A model generated the notes under the pieces. It searched no databases and was not told the DNA's origin. It was given only the letters and a program-made list of their open reading frames with translations. Below are positions 25,744 to 38,483 of a stretch of DNA of 64,000 bases, piece by piece. The translations under genes were made by a program, and so were the position numbers. The stretch covers positions 1-64,000 of the forward strand of contig JAAFJA010000007.1 in assembly GCA_013298765.1 (NCBI GenBank). The letters run 5' to 3'. The first letter of the stretch is position 1. Every line of letters begins with the position of its first letter. This DNA comes from Betaproteobacteria bacterium (lineage in GTDB: Bacteria; Pseudomonadota; Gammaproteobacteria; Burkholderiales; Casimicrobiaceae).

Positions 25744-25818
25744 CACCACCGCTTCGTGCGCACCTAACCACGTGCGCACAACCCATTTGCTTCAATCGAT
25801 TCAAAACATCAACAAACA

Positions 25819-27927
25819 ATGAACACGAGAAAAAATAAAGCCGTCCCTTTCGCGCTGAGCGCACTTGTTTGCGCGCTTTCCACAACATCGGTGAATGCAC
25901 AAACGAACGACGCCCAGACGGCAAAGACCACTGAGCTTGAACGCGTTGAAGTGGTGGGCCGACGTCAAGGCGGCGGCTACGAGGCGGCGGATGTGAGCGG
26001 CACGAAATCGGATTTGCCGCTTCGCGAACTGCCTCAAAGCGTTCGCGTGATTTCACGACAAGCCATCGATGACTTGGGCGCGATACGTCTTGATGATGTG
26101 CTTGACTACGTGGGTGGCATCTCGCGGCAAAACAATTTTGGCGGCCTGTGGGACAACATCGCCATTCGCGGTTTGCCTGGTAATGAAAACACTGGGATGG
26201 CGATGTTGCGCAATGGCTTCGCCGCCAACCGCGGCTTTAACGCGCCGCGCGATCTGGCCGATGTTGAACGGGTTGAGTTTCTCAAAGGCCCGGCGGCTGC
26301 GCTTTATGGCGCAAGCGAACCGGGCGGCACCGTCAATCTCGTGACCAAAAAGCCGCTATGGCGCGCGGGTACTTCCGCAGAGCTTTATGCGGGTAACTAT
26401 GACTCTTACCGCGCAGCCATCGACACTACGGCACCGCTTGGCGCATCGTTTGCCTATCGTGTAAACGCGGCCATCGAAGATCGCGGTAGCTTTCGAGACT
26501 TTGTGAAAACTGAGCGCGCAGTGTTTGCACCCGCGTTTACTTGGAAGATCGGCGCGAACACCACACTGGACTACAACGGGCAGTGGCTGCGCCATCGCAC
26601 ACCGCTTGATCGCGGGGTGCAAGCGATTGGCGGCGTGTTGGGCACTGTCGCGCGTAGCCAGTTTCCGGGTGAACCGAATGATGGTGACGTGACCGTTGAA
26701 AACACATCACACCAGTTTGTGTTCGAGCATGAATTCAATACGGATTGGCGCGCGCGCGCCGCGCTTGGCGCTCGGGATGGCACGCTCAACGGCTTCTCGA
26801 CCGAACCGAGCAGCATTCGCTCCGACAATCGCACACTCTGGCGTCAACGCCGTGAGCGCGAATACAAGAGCGATGATCTGTCGGTTCAAGGCGAGCTACT
26901 GGGCCGCATAAAGACGGGCGCAATCAGTCATGATATGTTGTTGGGCGTTGAGACGTATCGCTTCAATCTTGATCAGTTGATGCGTCGAATCAACCCAACG
27001 GCAGCTGCGCCGTATGCAATTGATTTGCTCGCACCGGTGTACGGGCAAATCCGGCCAACACCGCTGCCGAATACGGATACACGTGAAGAGCAACGTGGTG
27101 TTGCGTTTACTGTTCAAGACGCGATTTCGTTCGGCTCGCACTGGCGCGCGGTTGCGGGGGTGCGCGTTGATCGAGTTCGCCAGTCGCTCGATAACCGCCG
27201 CACCGGCGCACGCACGCAACAAAACCCGACTGAGACGCTACCGCGATTAGGCGTTTCTTATCTGCCTAACGCGCAGTGGACGCTCTACGCCAACGCCGGA
27301 AAGAGCTTTCGCGCGAACGCTGGCAGCAGCGTGGCAGGCCGTGCGTTTGAGCCAGAGTCTGGCACGGCCTACGAAGTGGGGGCCAAATGGGAATCGCTCG
27401 ACAAGCGACTCGGCGCGACAGTCGCGCTGTTCGACATCACCAAGCGAAACGTGTTGACCCCCGATCCAGCGAATGCTGGGTTCTCCGTGACCGCAGGTAA
27501 GGTATCGAGCACAGGCATGGAGTTTGATCTCGCGGGTCAGCTCACGAAACACTGGCGCGTCACCGGTAGTTTGAGCTACGCTGATGTCGATGCGGGCGGC
27601 GGTGCGCGCCTGCTCAACGTGCCAAAAATCAACGGTAGTTTGCTCGCCGTTTACGAGAGCACATTCGCTGGCGGTTCGCGCTACGGCATCGGCGGCGGTG
27701 TGACTCATATGGGCCGACGCTTGGGCGAGACGGGCACAAACTTTGATCTACCTGCATACACCACAGCCAAGTTAGTTGCTTACTGGAGCGCAACACCAAC
27801 GCTACGAGTTTCGTTGGACGTCGATAACGTGTTTGACCGAACGTACTACACCAGCTCGTTCAGCCGCGTGTGGGTCACGCCGGGGACACCGCGCAATGTG
27901 ATGTTGGGCGTGCAGGCCAAATTCTGA
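25819..27927 (+). CDS. TonB-dependent siderophore-type receptor
   Basis: 702 aa. It has a signal peptide, a plug domain (ERVEVVGRR..., RELPQSVRVISRQAIDDLGA) and a C-terminal barrel ending in ...GVQAKF. Confidence 0.9.
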   Translation: MNTRKNKAVPFALSALVCALSTTSVNAQTNDAQTAKTTELERVEVVGRRQGGGYEAADVSGTKSDLPLRELPQSVRVISRQAIDDLGAIRLDDVLDYVGGISRQNNFGGLWDNIAIRGLPGNENTGMAMLRNGFAANRGFNAPRDLADVERVEFLKGPAAALYGASEPGGTVNLVTKKPLWRAGTSAELYAGNYDSYRAAIDTTAPLGASFAYRVNAAIEDRGSFRDFVKTERAVFAPAFTWKIGANTTLDYNGQWLRHRTPLDRGVQAIGGVLGTVARSQFPGEPNDGDVTVENTSHQFVFEHEFNTDWRARAALGARDGTLNGFSTEPSSIRSDNRTLWRQRREREYKSDDLSVQGELLGRIKTGAISHDMLLGVETYRFNLDQLMRRINPTAAAPYAIDLLAPVYGQIRPTPLPNTDTREEQRGVAFTVQDAISFGSHWRAVAGVRVDRVRQSLDNRRTGARTQQNPTETLPRLGVSYLPNAQWTLYANAGKSFRANAGSSVAGRAFEPESGTAYEVGAKWESLDKRLGATVALFDITKRNVLTPDPANAGFSVTAGKVSSTGMEFDLAGQLTKHWRVTGSLSYADVDAGGGARLLNVPKINGSLLAVYESTFAGGSRYGIGGGVTHMGRRLGETGTNFDLPAYTTAKLVAYWSATPTLRVSLDVDNVFDRTYYTSSFSRVWVTPGTPRNVMLGVQAKF

Positions 27928-29519
27928 TGCGAACGTCGCTGATTCGCCGCCGCTGTCTTCTGGCGGCGATGGCGCTGATCGGCGCGCAGGCCTTTGCGCA
28001 GACGACGAGCCAGATACCAAAGGCGGCGGATACACCCAGCACAGCCGTGCTGCGCATTGTGGGTCCGTGGGAAATTAGTGGGCTTGAACCCGCAAGTGCG
28101 GGGTATTTGTTCGCGCGAATGCGGGTGACCGAAACCTTGATCGATGCGGACGATTCAGGTCGAGCGTTACCTGGACTTGCGTCTCGATGGGAGGCATCGA
28201 GCGATGGCCTTCGCTGGCGCTTTGAACTTCGCGCGTCAGCACGATTTCACGACGGCACGTCGGTGGCTGCAGATCACGTCGCGCAAATGCTTCGCCGTGC
28301 CGCGTCGCGCCCCGGCGTGCTTGCCAATGCTCCGATCAAATTGATCAGCGCGGAGGCGGGCGCTGTGGTCGTGCAATTGAACAAGCCGTTCGCTGCACTC
28401 CCTGCACTGCTTTCGCATAGCAGTACGATGGTGCTCGCGCCCTCGTCTTTTGACGCGAAGGGCGGCGTGGCGCGCATCATCGGCAGCGGTCCGTTTCGCA
28501 TCACTTCGCTCGACCCGCCGCAACGATTTGAGGTGAGTGCGTTTGATCGTTATGACGGCGCGCTTCCGCTCATCCAGAACGCCAGTTACCTATCAGTAAG
28601 TCGCGCTGAAACACGCGCGCTGATGGTGGAGGCTGCGCAAGTTGAGATCGCGTTTGGATTGGATCCCGCGAGCTTAGAGCGGCTTCGCAAAAGCAGCCGG
28701 GTGCGAGTGGAATCAGTGACGATTCCCCGCACCATGATTTTGAAACTGAACGCGGGCCACCGATGGCTTGCGGACGTACGCGCCCGTGAAGCGATCAGCC
28801 TCGCGCTTAACCGCGCTGGCATCGCGCGCGCTCTCTTGCGCGACCCTGCGCTTACCGCGAACCAACTGTTTCCGCCAACGCTTGCGGGCTGGCATGTGCC
28901 AACGCTGCCACCGCTTCGGATGGATGTTGTGCGTGCGCGAGAACTGTGGAGCGAGCTTGGGTGGCAACGCGGACGGGATGGAATTTTCGAGCGCAATGGT
29001 GAACGTTTGAGTTTTACTCTGCGCACGTTTCCAGATCGTCCGGAATTGCCGCTGGTCGTGGCGGCGATTCAGGAGCAACTAAGACAATCTGGCGTTCAGA
29101 TTCGTGTCGCTATTGGCAATTCCGGAGACATTCCACTTCGACATCGGGATGGCAGTTTGGAGCTTGCGCTCGCGGCGCGCCAATACGGGTTGGTGCCCGA
29201 TCCGATTGGCACACTCTTGCAAGACTTTGGCACAAAGGGCGGCGACTGGGGCGCGATGCATTGGAAAAACGGCTCGTTGCAAACAGCCCTCAACGAACTC
29301 TCGAGTCTGCCGCCCACCGCGACCGATGCTGAACGAATGAAGCTTCGCGCTTTTATCGCTCAGGTATTGCACGAGGAGCTACCTGTGATCCCCGTCGCTT
29401 GGTATCGGCAAACAGCGGCGGTGTCGCCGCGCATCGACGGTATGACGATTGATCCGCTGGAGCGATCGTATCGAATTGATCGCATGCGCTGGGCGAGTCC
29501 AGCGCCTCGCGAACGCTGA
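27927..29519 (+). CDS. ABC transporter substrate-binding protein, family 5 (peptide/nickel/opine type)
   Basis: The start (ATG within TGATG) overlaps the stop of the receptor gene. A signal peptide is present (MRTSLIRRRCLLAAMALIGAQAFA). It has SBP_bac_5-like architecture and is about 530 aa. Confidence 0.85.
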   Translation: MRTSLIRRRCLLAAMALIGAQAFAQTTSQIPKAADTPSTAVLRIVGPWEISGLEPASAGYLFARMRVTETLIDADDSGRALPGLASRWEASSDGLRWRFELRASARFHDGTSVAADHVAQMLRRAASRPGVLANAPIKLISAEAGAVVVQLNKPFAALPALLSHSSTMVLAPSSFDAKGGVARIIGSGPFRITSLDPPQRFEVSAFDRYDGALPLIQNASYLSVSRAETRALMVEAAQVEIAFGLDPASLERLRKSSRVRVESVTIPRTMILKLNAGHRWLADVRAREAISLALNRAGIARALLRDPALTANQLFPPTLAGWHVPTLPPLRMDVVRARELWSELGWQRGRDGIFERNGERLSFTLRTFPDRPELPLVVAAIQEQLRQSGVQIRVAIGNSGDIPLRHRDGSLELALAARQYGLVPDPIGTLLQDFGTKGGDWGAMHWKNGSLQTALNELSSLPPTATDAERMKLRAFIAQVLHEELPVIPVAWYRQTAAVSPRIDGMTIDPLERSYRIDRMRWASPAPRER

Positions 29520-29532
29520 CAAATAGTTTCGT

Positions 29533-30510
29533 ATGCAACTTCATCCCCCTGCCCGGATTGGGCTTCATCCTTTTGCCCAGATTGGGCTCCATCGCTTGTG
29601 GCAAGCGCTGTTGGTTGCTCTCGTGGTCGGCACGCTCACTTTTTTTCTCTTGCGACTCCTGCCCGGCGATATGGCATTTCGCATCGCTGCAAGTCGGTAT
29701 GGCTATGACTTGGTGAGCGCGGCCGCAGCCGAATCAGTGCGAGCAGAGCTAGGGCTAGATCGGCCCATGTTCCTCGCCTTGCTAAGCTGGTGGCGCGATT
29801 TAATGCAGCTCAATCTCGGCAATTCGCTAGTCAGCGGTGAGCCGGTGCTACATGAGCTTGCCCACGAACTGGGCAATACGCTGCAACTCGCTGGCGTTGC
29901 GCTACTCCTTTCCGCGGTGATTGGTGTACCGCTGGGGATGCTAGCGGGGAGCCGCCCCGGCGGTGTGATTGATCGCGTGACTCTCGCGCTTGCCGTATTG
30001 CTGCGCGCGCTACCGCCGTTTGTGCTTGGGTTGGTTCTCATCGTTGTGTTCGCGGTGCAGGTATCAGTGCTGCCCGCTGCGGGACATGGCGCACCGAGTC
30101 ATATCGTGCTGCCCGCATTAACGCTCGCCTTACCGCTTGCCGCACTGAGTTGCCGCGTCGCGCGCGACGCGATGGTGAGCGTGGGCCAATCGGCGTACTT
30201 CGCCTTCGCGTTGACCAAAGGTCTTAGCCAGCGACAAGCGCTGTTGCGCCATGGACTGCGCAACGTGGGCGTACCGGTGGTGGCCTATCTCGGCGTGCAA
30301 ATGGTCGTGTTGGTTGAAGGGGTGGTGATCGTTGAAACGCTCTTTGCCTGGCCCGGCATTGGCCACGCGTTGGTACACGCCATCTTCGGGCGCGACGTCC
30401 CGATGATTCAGGGGACCGCGCTTGCGATGGGGCTTTTGTTTGTGCTTTTCAACGCGCTCATTGATGTTGCGTGTCACACCATCGATCCGCGCCGGAAGGC
30501 AACGTCATGA
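29533..30510 (+). CDS. ABC transporter permease (DppB/NikB-like)
   Basis: 325 aa with a multi-TM profile and an EAA-like loop. Confidence 0.85.
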   Translation: MQLHPPARIGLHPFAQIGLHRLWQALLVALVVGTLTFFLLRLLPGDMAFRIAASRYGYDLVSAAAAESVRAELGLDRPMFLALLSWWRDLMQLNLGNSLVSGEPVLHELAHELGNTLQLAGVALLLSAVIGVPLGMLAGSRPGGVIDRVTLALAVLLRALPPFVLGLVLIVVFAVQVSVLPAAGHGAPSHIVLPALTLALPLAALSCRVARDAMVSVGQSAYFAFALTKGLSQRQALLRHGLRNVGVPVVAYLGVQMVVLVEGVVIVETLFAWPGIGHALVHAIFGRDVPMIQGTALAMGLLFVLFNALIDVACHTIDPRRKATS

Positions 30511-31352
30511 GCGCGTCAATCAACACCTCCACTGCGGTGTATCTAGTAGCAAATACTACTCGGAAGACCCATAAAATACCGGTATACATTGGCATTTTAA
30601 TACTTCTCTTTTTAGTATGTATTGCAGCGTTTGCCCCGTTATTTAATAGATTTGACGCCATTAGCCAAAATCTTGATCGCGTGCGAGAAGCGCCCTCACT
30701 CGAGCATTGGCTGGGCACGGACCATTTGGGGCGTGATCAGTGGGCGCGGCTCGCCGCTGCGTTGCGGGTGTCGCTGGGAAGCGCGCTCATCGCTGTGCTC
30801 GTCGCAGCGTGTATCGGCTGCGGACTCGGCGTGCTTGCCGCGTGGCGAGGGGGCGGGGCGGAGCGCGCGATCTCCGCATTCGCCGATGCGACGATGGCGC
30901 TTCCGGGCCTGCTGTTGGTGCTCTTGGTGGCAAGCTTGTCGCCGGGCGCGTATGCGTTGCTTTACTTGGGCGTCGCGCTCTCGATGTGGGTGGAATATTT
31001 TCGAGTGGTGCGCGCGATGAGTCATCGCGTGTTGAGCGGCTCGCCGGTCGAAGCCGCGCGGCTGCTGGGCTTTGGCCCGCTCTACATCGTTCGAAGGTAT
31101 CTGTTGCCGGAGCTGCTGCCCGTTATCGGCACGCTTATGTGTTTCGGCGTATCTGCCGCAGTGCTCGCCGTTGCAGCGCTGGGTTTCGTCGGGGTTGGAT
31201 TGCAGCCGCCCGCGGCTGAACTTGGCGTGATGCTCATCGAGTTGATGCCGTATTACGAAGAGGCACCGTGGCTGCTCGCCGCGCCTTCGGCCTGCCTGCT
31301 GCTGTTGCTGATCGCGCTGGTCTTGTTGGCTGGAGAGAAGGATCCGCGATGA
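30507..31352 (+). CDS. ABC transporter permease (DppC/NikC-like)
   Basis: The start was chosen at MSASINTS, whose ATG overlaps the upstream stop. It is multi-TM. Confidence 0.8.
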   Translation: MSASINTSTAVYLVANTTRKTHKIPVYIGILILLFLVCIAAFAPLFNRFDAISQNLDRVREAPSLEHWLGTDHLGRDQWARLAAALRVSLGSALIAVLVAACIGCGLGVLAAWRGGGAERAISAFADATMALPGLLLVLLVASLSPGAYALLYLGVALSMWVEYFRVVRAMSHRVLSGSPVEAARLLGFGPLYIVRRYLLPELLPVIGTLMCFGVSAAVLAVAALGFVGVGLQPPAAELGVMLIELMPYYEEAPWLLAAPSACLLLLLIALVLLAGEKDPR

Positions 31353-32800
31353 GTGGCGCATTATTAGATGTCCGCGATCTGTCGGTACGCACGCTCGCGT
31401 CGCCTCACACCACGCTGGTCGATGAGGTGTCGTTTTCACTTCACGCAGGTGAGGCGTTCACCTTGCTCGGCGAAAGCGGTTCCGGGAAATCGCTGTTGGC
31501 GCAGGCCATCGTGGGAAACCTTCCGAACACGTTACAAGCGCGCGGCGTGATCCGGGTCGGCAAACGAGAGATGCGCGCCGAGCACGCGGGTGAGCAACGC
31601 GCGCTGTGGGGGCGTGAGTTGGCGCTATTGCCACAGGAGCCGTGGGCAGCGCTTGACCCAACGATGCGCGCCCTGCCGCAAGTTGCAGAAACCTATCAGC
31701 TCGTGTGCGGTTATGAGACGAAGGAAGCACGCGCTCGTGCCAATACCGATCTCGCGCGCTTGGGGCTTGCCGCGCACGCCCACAAATTCCCGCATCTTTT
31801 GTCGGGCGGTATGGCGCAGCGTGTCGCTTTTGCGGCAACGGTCGCGGGCGGCGCACCGATGCTGATCGTTGATGAGCCCACGAAGGGGCTCGATCATGCG
31901 TTGCGCGACCAGATCGTGAGTTTGTTGAAAGACGTATTGGCAGCAGGCGGCGCGGCATTCGTGATCACGCACGATGTGTCGGTACCGCGTTCGCTGGGCG
32001 GTACCGTCGCCGTCATGCGTGATGCGCAGATATTGGAGATTGGCCCAAGCGACACCGTATTGCAGCAGCCTGCACACAGCTACACCCGCGCCTTACTCGC
32101 AGCGGAGCCTGCGCGCTGGCCGATCATTGATGACGCATCGATGTGCAGAGACGGCGATCCCGAATCTCGCGAGCCGCTTCTCACCGCGAGCGCGCTCACG
32201 CAGCGCTTTGGTGAGCACACCCTGTTTCAAAACGTCGATGTGACGCTGCAACGAGGTGAGCGCATCTCGATTACCGGCCCCAGCGGTTCCGGAAAAACTA
32301 CGCTCGGTAATGTGTTGCTGGGATTGCGAACGCCGAGCGCTGGTTCAGTTACTCGCGCGCGTGAGCTGCATCCGCAAGCGTTTCAAAAGCTCTATCAAGA
32401 CCCACTTGCCGCATTTGCGCCGCAGTTGCAGATCCGCGTGGCGTTACGCGACTTGATGCAACTGCATCGGCTACAGGACGATGCCTATCTGCCGTGGCTA
32501 GAAAAGCTCGGCCTCAGCGACGCGCTCCTGGATCGGCTTCCTGCACAAGTGTCGGGCGGTGAGCTGCAACGGATCGCGCTCGCACGCATCCTTGCACTGA
32601 AACCCGCGCTGATCTTCGCCGACGAACCCACGTCGCGCCTAGACCCGATTTCACAGCAGCAAACGATGGCCTTGCTGATCTCGTCGATCGCGGAGCAGGG
32701 CGGTGCATTGCTGCTCGTTACACACGATCCGTTTCTCGCGCAAAAACTCACGCATCGCCAGATCGAGATAGGAGACATGCGCGACGAACCCAATGTGTAG
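31349..32800 (+). CDS. ABC transporter ATP-binding protein, fused tandem ATPase (DppD/DppF-like)
   Basis: About 483 aa with two Walker A motifs (GESGSGKS and GPSGSGKT) and two signature motifs (LSGGMAQR and VSGGELQR). Its start overlaps the permease stop. Confidence 0.85.
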   Translation: MSGALLDVRDLSVRTLASPHTTLVDEVSFSLHAGEAFTLLGESGSGKSLLAQAIVGNLPNTLQARGVIRVGKREMRAEHAGEQRALWGRELALLPQEPWAALDPTMRALPQVAETYQLVCGYETKEARARANTDLARLGLAAHAHKFPHLLSGGMAQRVAFAATVAGGAPMLIVDEPTKGLDHALRDQIVSLLKDVLAAGGAAFVITHDVSVPRSLGGTVAVMRDAQILEIGPSDTVLQQPAHSYTRALLAAEPARWPIIDDASMCRDGDPESREPLLTASALTQRFGEHTLFQNVDVTLQRGERISITGPSGSGKTTLGNVLLGLRTPSAGSVTRARELHPQAFQKLYQDPLAAFAPQLQIRVALRDLMQLHRLQDDAYLPWLEKLGLSDALLDRLPAQVSGGELQRIALARILALKPALIFADEPTSRLDPISQQQTMALLISSIAEQGGALLLVTHDPFLAQKLTHRQIEIGDMRDEPNV

Positions 32801-32934
32801 CGTCGCAAGAAGCACGGCACGCCTATGCAGCCGGGCACCAATGTTTATACAAGCGCCCAGCGTATGAAAACACGCCCATCTACATTGGGTCTATGGGTCG
32901 GCTGTACGCGCGGAGTCGCTCGCTTCACACCATC

Positions 32935-33417
32935 CTATTGCAAATGCGCGCGCAACATCCACGCCATTTTTTCGTGTTGCTCGATCAAGCTGACGAGGAA
33001 ATCCTCGCTCGCTGAATCTTCTGCGTCGTCCGCGAGATCGGCGTATTTGCGCAAGTTGCGAATGATTGCTTCGTGTGCTTTAAGCAGGGATTCGATCATC
33101 TTCGCGGCGCCTGCTTCGTTACCCGCACCGTCGTCGATCGACTTGGCTTTCGCGTACGCGCCGACGCTCGCAGGCGCGGGTGCGCCAAGCGCGCGCATCC
33201 GCTCGGCGACATCATCAAGAATGTCATCGAGCGCCTCGTACTGCGATTCGAAAAAGCTGTGCAACGGACCGAAATTCGGGCCAACAACATTCCAGTGCGC
33301 GCCACGCGTTGCGATGTAGAGCGCCACCTCATCCGCGAGCAATTGCGCGAGCGCAGCGCTCACCGTTTTTCGGTTTTTCTCAGAGAGACCGATGTTCATT
33401 TTCATAACGTTTTCCAA
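32935..33417 (-). CDS. dps: Dps (DNA protection during starvation protein, ferritin-like)
   Basis: 160 aa with ferroxidase-site residues in the conserved context (HWNVVGPNFGPLHSFFESQYEALDDILDDVAERMRALG). Confidence 0.9.
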   Translation of the reverse strand: MENVMKMNIGLSEKNRKTVSAALAQLLADEVALYIATRGAHWNVVGPNFGPLHSFFESQYEALDDILDDVAERMRALGAPAPASVGAYAKAKSIDDGAGNEAGAAKMIESLLKAHEAIIRNLRKYADLADDAEDSASEDFLVSLIEQHEKMAWMLRAHLQ

Positions 33418-33529
33418 TGACTTGTGGGAGGAGGAGCCGCGAATTTACGAACTGTGACGCGAGTTGTCTATAGGAAATTTACTCCGCAGAGACCACTCGC
33501 GTTTTGGGTTACGTTCGGCCGATTGCGTC

Positions 33530-35791
<2,262 letters not shown>

Positions 35792-36020
35792 TTAGTAAAA
35801 CAATTTAAAATTGCTGCTGTAATCGAAAATACAGATCAATTGAGTTGCCCGCTGTCAGAGAAGTTCCATACTTGACGTCAGATTTCGATGACATATAGGC
35901 TGCGCCCTGCGAAACCAAGGGCTGTGGGTTCTCTGCCGACACGATGGCTCAAAGTCGAATAGTCGAAGCGGGCGATTGGTTCGATCTCGCTGAATCCGTA
36001 GTCGCCGGAGAAAACTTGCC

Positions 36021-36998
36021 ATGCCAGCATTACCTTCACTGCATCAGCTCCGCTATCTGATCGCGCTTCACGAAGAGCAGCATTTCGGTCGCGCGGCAGA
36101 AAAAGCGTTTGTCACGCAAAGCACGCTCTCTGCGAGCCTTAGAGATTTGGAAGCTGTGCTCGACGTTACGCTCGTGGAGCGTGATCGTCGGCACGTGGCA
36201 TTCACGCCGATTGGCGAAGCGGTCGTAGCGCGAGCGCATGACTTGATTGCGCAGGCGAGCGATTTGGCTGAGCTTTGCGCCTCATCCCGCAATCCTTTGA
36301 CGGGTACCTTCCGATTAGGTGTAATTCCGACCATTGCGCCATTTGCCCTTCCAGCCACGCTAAGTAAGCTGCGTACGGATTACCCCAAGCTCAAACTCAT
36401 CTTGCGGGAAGATCTGACCGAAGTCTGTATTGATCGCTTGGTCGCGAGCGCACTCGACGCTGCACTGATCGCCACCCCGTACGATTTGCCGCCCGCCATC
36501 GAAACTTTGCCGTTGTTCGATGACGAGTTCCTGTTCGTCACCGCCGACAGCAAACTCGGCGCTGCCTCGTCGCCGCTGCCCATCGACAAAATAGATTCCG
36601 ATTCGTTGCTCCTGCTTGAGGACGGGCACTGTCTGCGCGATCACGCGATCGCCGCATGCAGTCTGAAAGAGCCTTCGCGTAACGCTTCCGCTGCCAACAG
36701 CTTAGCGGCAACCAGCTTGATCACGCTCACCCACATGGTGCAAGGCGGGTTGGGCAACACGCTCCTGCCCGAACTCGCCATCGCCGGAGGTGTGCTCTCA
36801 GGCACGAGCCTCTACGCCCGCCGCTTCACGCCGCGCGGCCCCGCGCGCACGATCGCGCTCGCGTACCGAAAAACCTCCGCCAGAAAACACGAAATCGCAG
36901 AGCTTGGACGAATCTTTTCAGCGAGCAAAGGTTTTACCGGTGCTACTCGTGCGAAGACAGTGAGGAAGGCGAGGACGGTGGCGGGTGGCAGTCGATGA
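36021..36998 (+). CDS. oxyR: LysR-family transcriptional regulator, OxyR-like (divergent from katG)
   Basis: 325 aa with an N-terminal LysR HTH (LHQLRYLIALHEEQHFGRAAEKAFVTQSTLSASLRDLE). It is divergently arranged with katG/dps. The redox Cys positions were not verified. Confidence 0.75.
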   Translation: MPALPSLHQLRYLIALHEEQHFGRAAEKAFVTQSTLSASLRDLEAVLDVTLVERDRRHVAFTPIGEAVVARAHDLIAQASDLAELCASSRNPLTGTFRLGVIPTIAPFALPATLSKLRTDYPKLKLILREDLTEVCIDRLVASALDAALIATPYDLPPAIETLPLFDDEFLFVTADSKLGAASSPLPIDKIDSDSLLLLEDGHCLRDHAIAACSLKEPSRNASAANSLAATSLITLTHMVQGGLGNTLLPELAIAGGVLSGTSLYARRFTPRGPARTIALAYRKTSARKHEIAELGRIFSASKGFTGATRAKTVRKARTVAGGSR

Positions 36999-37150
36999 CC
37001 GTTTCGACTGTTCAAAGTCGGCTTGCTCCTGCGTGGAGGCGCCAGAATGTAAAGCCATGCCCAGGTGAAAGAGGGTAGCTGAACGTCGGCACAGGGAAAT
37101 GGCGGTTTTTAAGCTTGCAAAAATAGGAATAAAACTCCATAATTGCAAGG

Positions 37151-38329
37151 ATGTTGCATCGACAACTCTTCGCCACCGTTGAGGACGAGCTAACTCATTC
37201 TCCAGCGGTCGCGCTCCTCGGCCCTCGCCAAGTGGGCAAGACGACGCTTGCGCTCGATATCGCTGCGAAGCACCCCGGAAGCATCTACCTGGATCTTGAA
37301 TCTGAGGCGGATCGATTCAAGCTTTCTGAGCCGGAGCTTTATCTATCCGAGCACCTTGATACGCTCGTAATCCTTGATGAGGTGCATCGCGCGCCGGGAC
37401 TGTTCCCGATTCTTCGCGGACTGATTGACCGCGCGCGGCGGCGCGGCCATCGTGCAGGGCGCTATCTGTTGCTCGGCTCGGCGTCGCTCGATCTGCTCAA
37501 GCAATCCGGCGAGAGTCTTGCTGGCCGTATCGCGTATCTAGAACTCGGCGGATTGACGCTCGGCGAGGTTGGGGAAGACAAACTCGACACGCTCTGGTTG
37601 CGTGGTGGGTTTCCCGAGAGCTTAACTGCAGCGAGCCACGCACGCAGCTTAGCGTGGCGACAAAACTTTATTCGCACTTATCTCGAACGCGATATTCCTC
37701 AGTTTGGGTCACGAATCGCGGCGGAAACCCTTCGCCGCTTTTGGACGATGCTTGCCCACCATCAAGGCGGTCTTCTCAATGTCGCACAACTTGCCCGCAA
37801 TCTGGGTGTCGATGTAAAAACCGCTGCGAGCTACATCGATTTATTGTGCGATTTGCTTCTCGTGCGCCGACTGCAACCGTGGCACGATAACCTCGGTAAG
37901 CGCCTGGTGAAGAGCCCGAAGACTTACGTGCGCGATACCGGTTTGCTGCATGCGCTACTCGCCATTGGCACCCGCGACCAATTGCTCGGGCATCCGGTGG
38001 TTGGGGCTAGTTGGGAAGGTTTCTGCATCGAAAACGCGATTGCGAGCGCACCGCGCGGCACGGATGCTTACTTCTATCGCGCAAACGGGGGCGCGGAAAT
38101 CGATTTATTGCTAACGCTGCCCGATGGAGAGCGCTGGGCCATCGAGGTGAAGCGCAGTTTGACACCAAAGATCGAACGGGGCTTTCATTCCGCATGTGAG
38201 GATGTCATGCCCGCGCGGAAATTTGTCGTGTATCCCGGCAAAGAGCGCCTGCCCATGCCTCACGGCATCGACGCGCTGCCGCTCGGTGTGTTGTGTACAA
38301 CGCTGCGAAATGCCAGCAAAACGCCGTAG
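37151..38329 (+). CDS. AAA-family ATPase with a DUF4143 C-terminal domain
   Basis: 392 aa. Walker A is GPRQVGKTT and Walker B is LVILDEVH. The C-terminal part resembles DUF4143. Confidence 0.8.
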   Translation: MLHRQLFATVEDELTHSPAVALLGPRQVGKTTLALDIAAKHPGSIYLDLESEADRFKLSEPELYLSEHLDTLVILDEVHRAPGLFPILRGLIDRARRRGHRAGRYLLLGSASLDLLKQSGESLAGRIAYLELGGLTLGEVGEDKLDTLWLRGGFPESLTAASHARSLAWRQNFIRTYLERDIPQFGSRIAAETLRRFWTMLAHHQGGLLNVAQLARNLGVDVKTAASYIDLLCDLLLVRRLQPWHDNLGKRLVKSPKTYVRDTGLLHALLAIGTRDQLLGHPVVGASWEGFCIENAIASAPRGTDAYFYRANGGAEIDLLLTLPDGERWAIEVKRSLTPKIERGFHSACEDVMPARKFVVYPGKERLPMPHGIDALPLGVLCTTLRNASKTP

Positions 38330-38425
38330 TTCCAAGTAGTGCTGCGTTGCGGTGTAGTCAGCGCCACACGCGGAAGGTATGTTTTAGATCTCGATGCGTC
38401 TGCACTAACGACGCTTGACAATTGC

Positions 38426-38462
38426 GATTACATGCGTAAACATATCGCACGATTACAAATGT
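38426..38462. promoter_or_regulatory. BlaI/MecI-type operator dyads (TACA/TGTA palindromes) upstream of the blaI-like gene
   Basis: A perfect palindrome GATTACAAATGTAATC lies at about 38447-38462. A second dyad, TTACATGCGTAA, lies 10 nt upstream. Confidence 0.6.
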
Positions 38463-38483
38463 AATCAACGCGCGAAAGAGTCT

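Noticed and set aside
25744-25818. Possible regulatory direct repeat cgtgcgcac-N7-cgtgcgcac upstream of the second TonB receptor (checked for a Fur box)
   Set aside because: It does not resemble the Fur consensus (GATAATGATAATCATTATC). It was left as an uninterpreted repeat with insufficient evidence.
28586-29078. Antisense ORFs of 121-146 aa (Arg/Ser-rich) inside the substrate-binding protein (SBP) gene. Similar antisense ORFs lie inside the ABC ATPase and permease genes at 30696-31439 and 31458-32077.
   Set aside because: High-GC antisense artefacts. The sense-strand genes have clear ABC transporter motifs.
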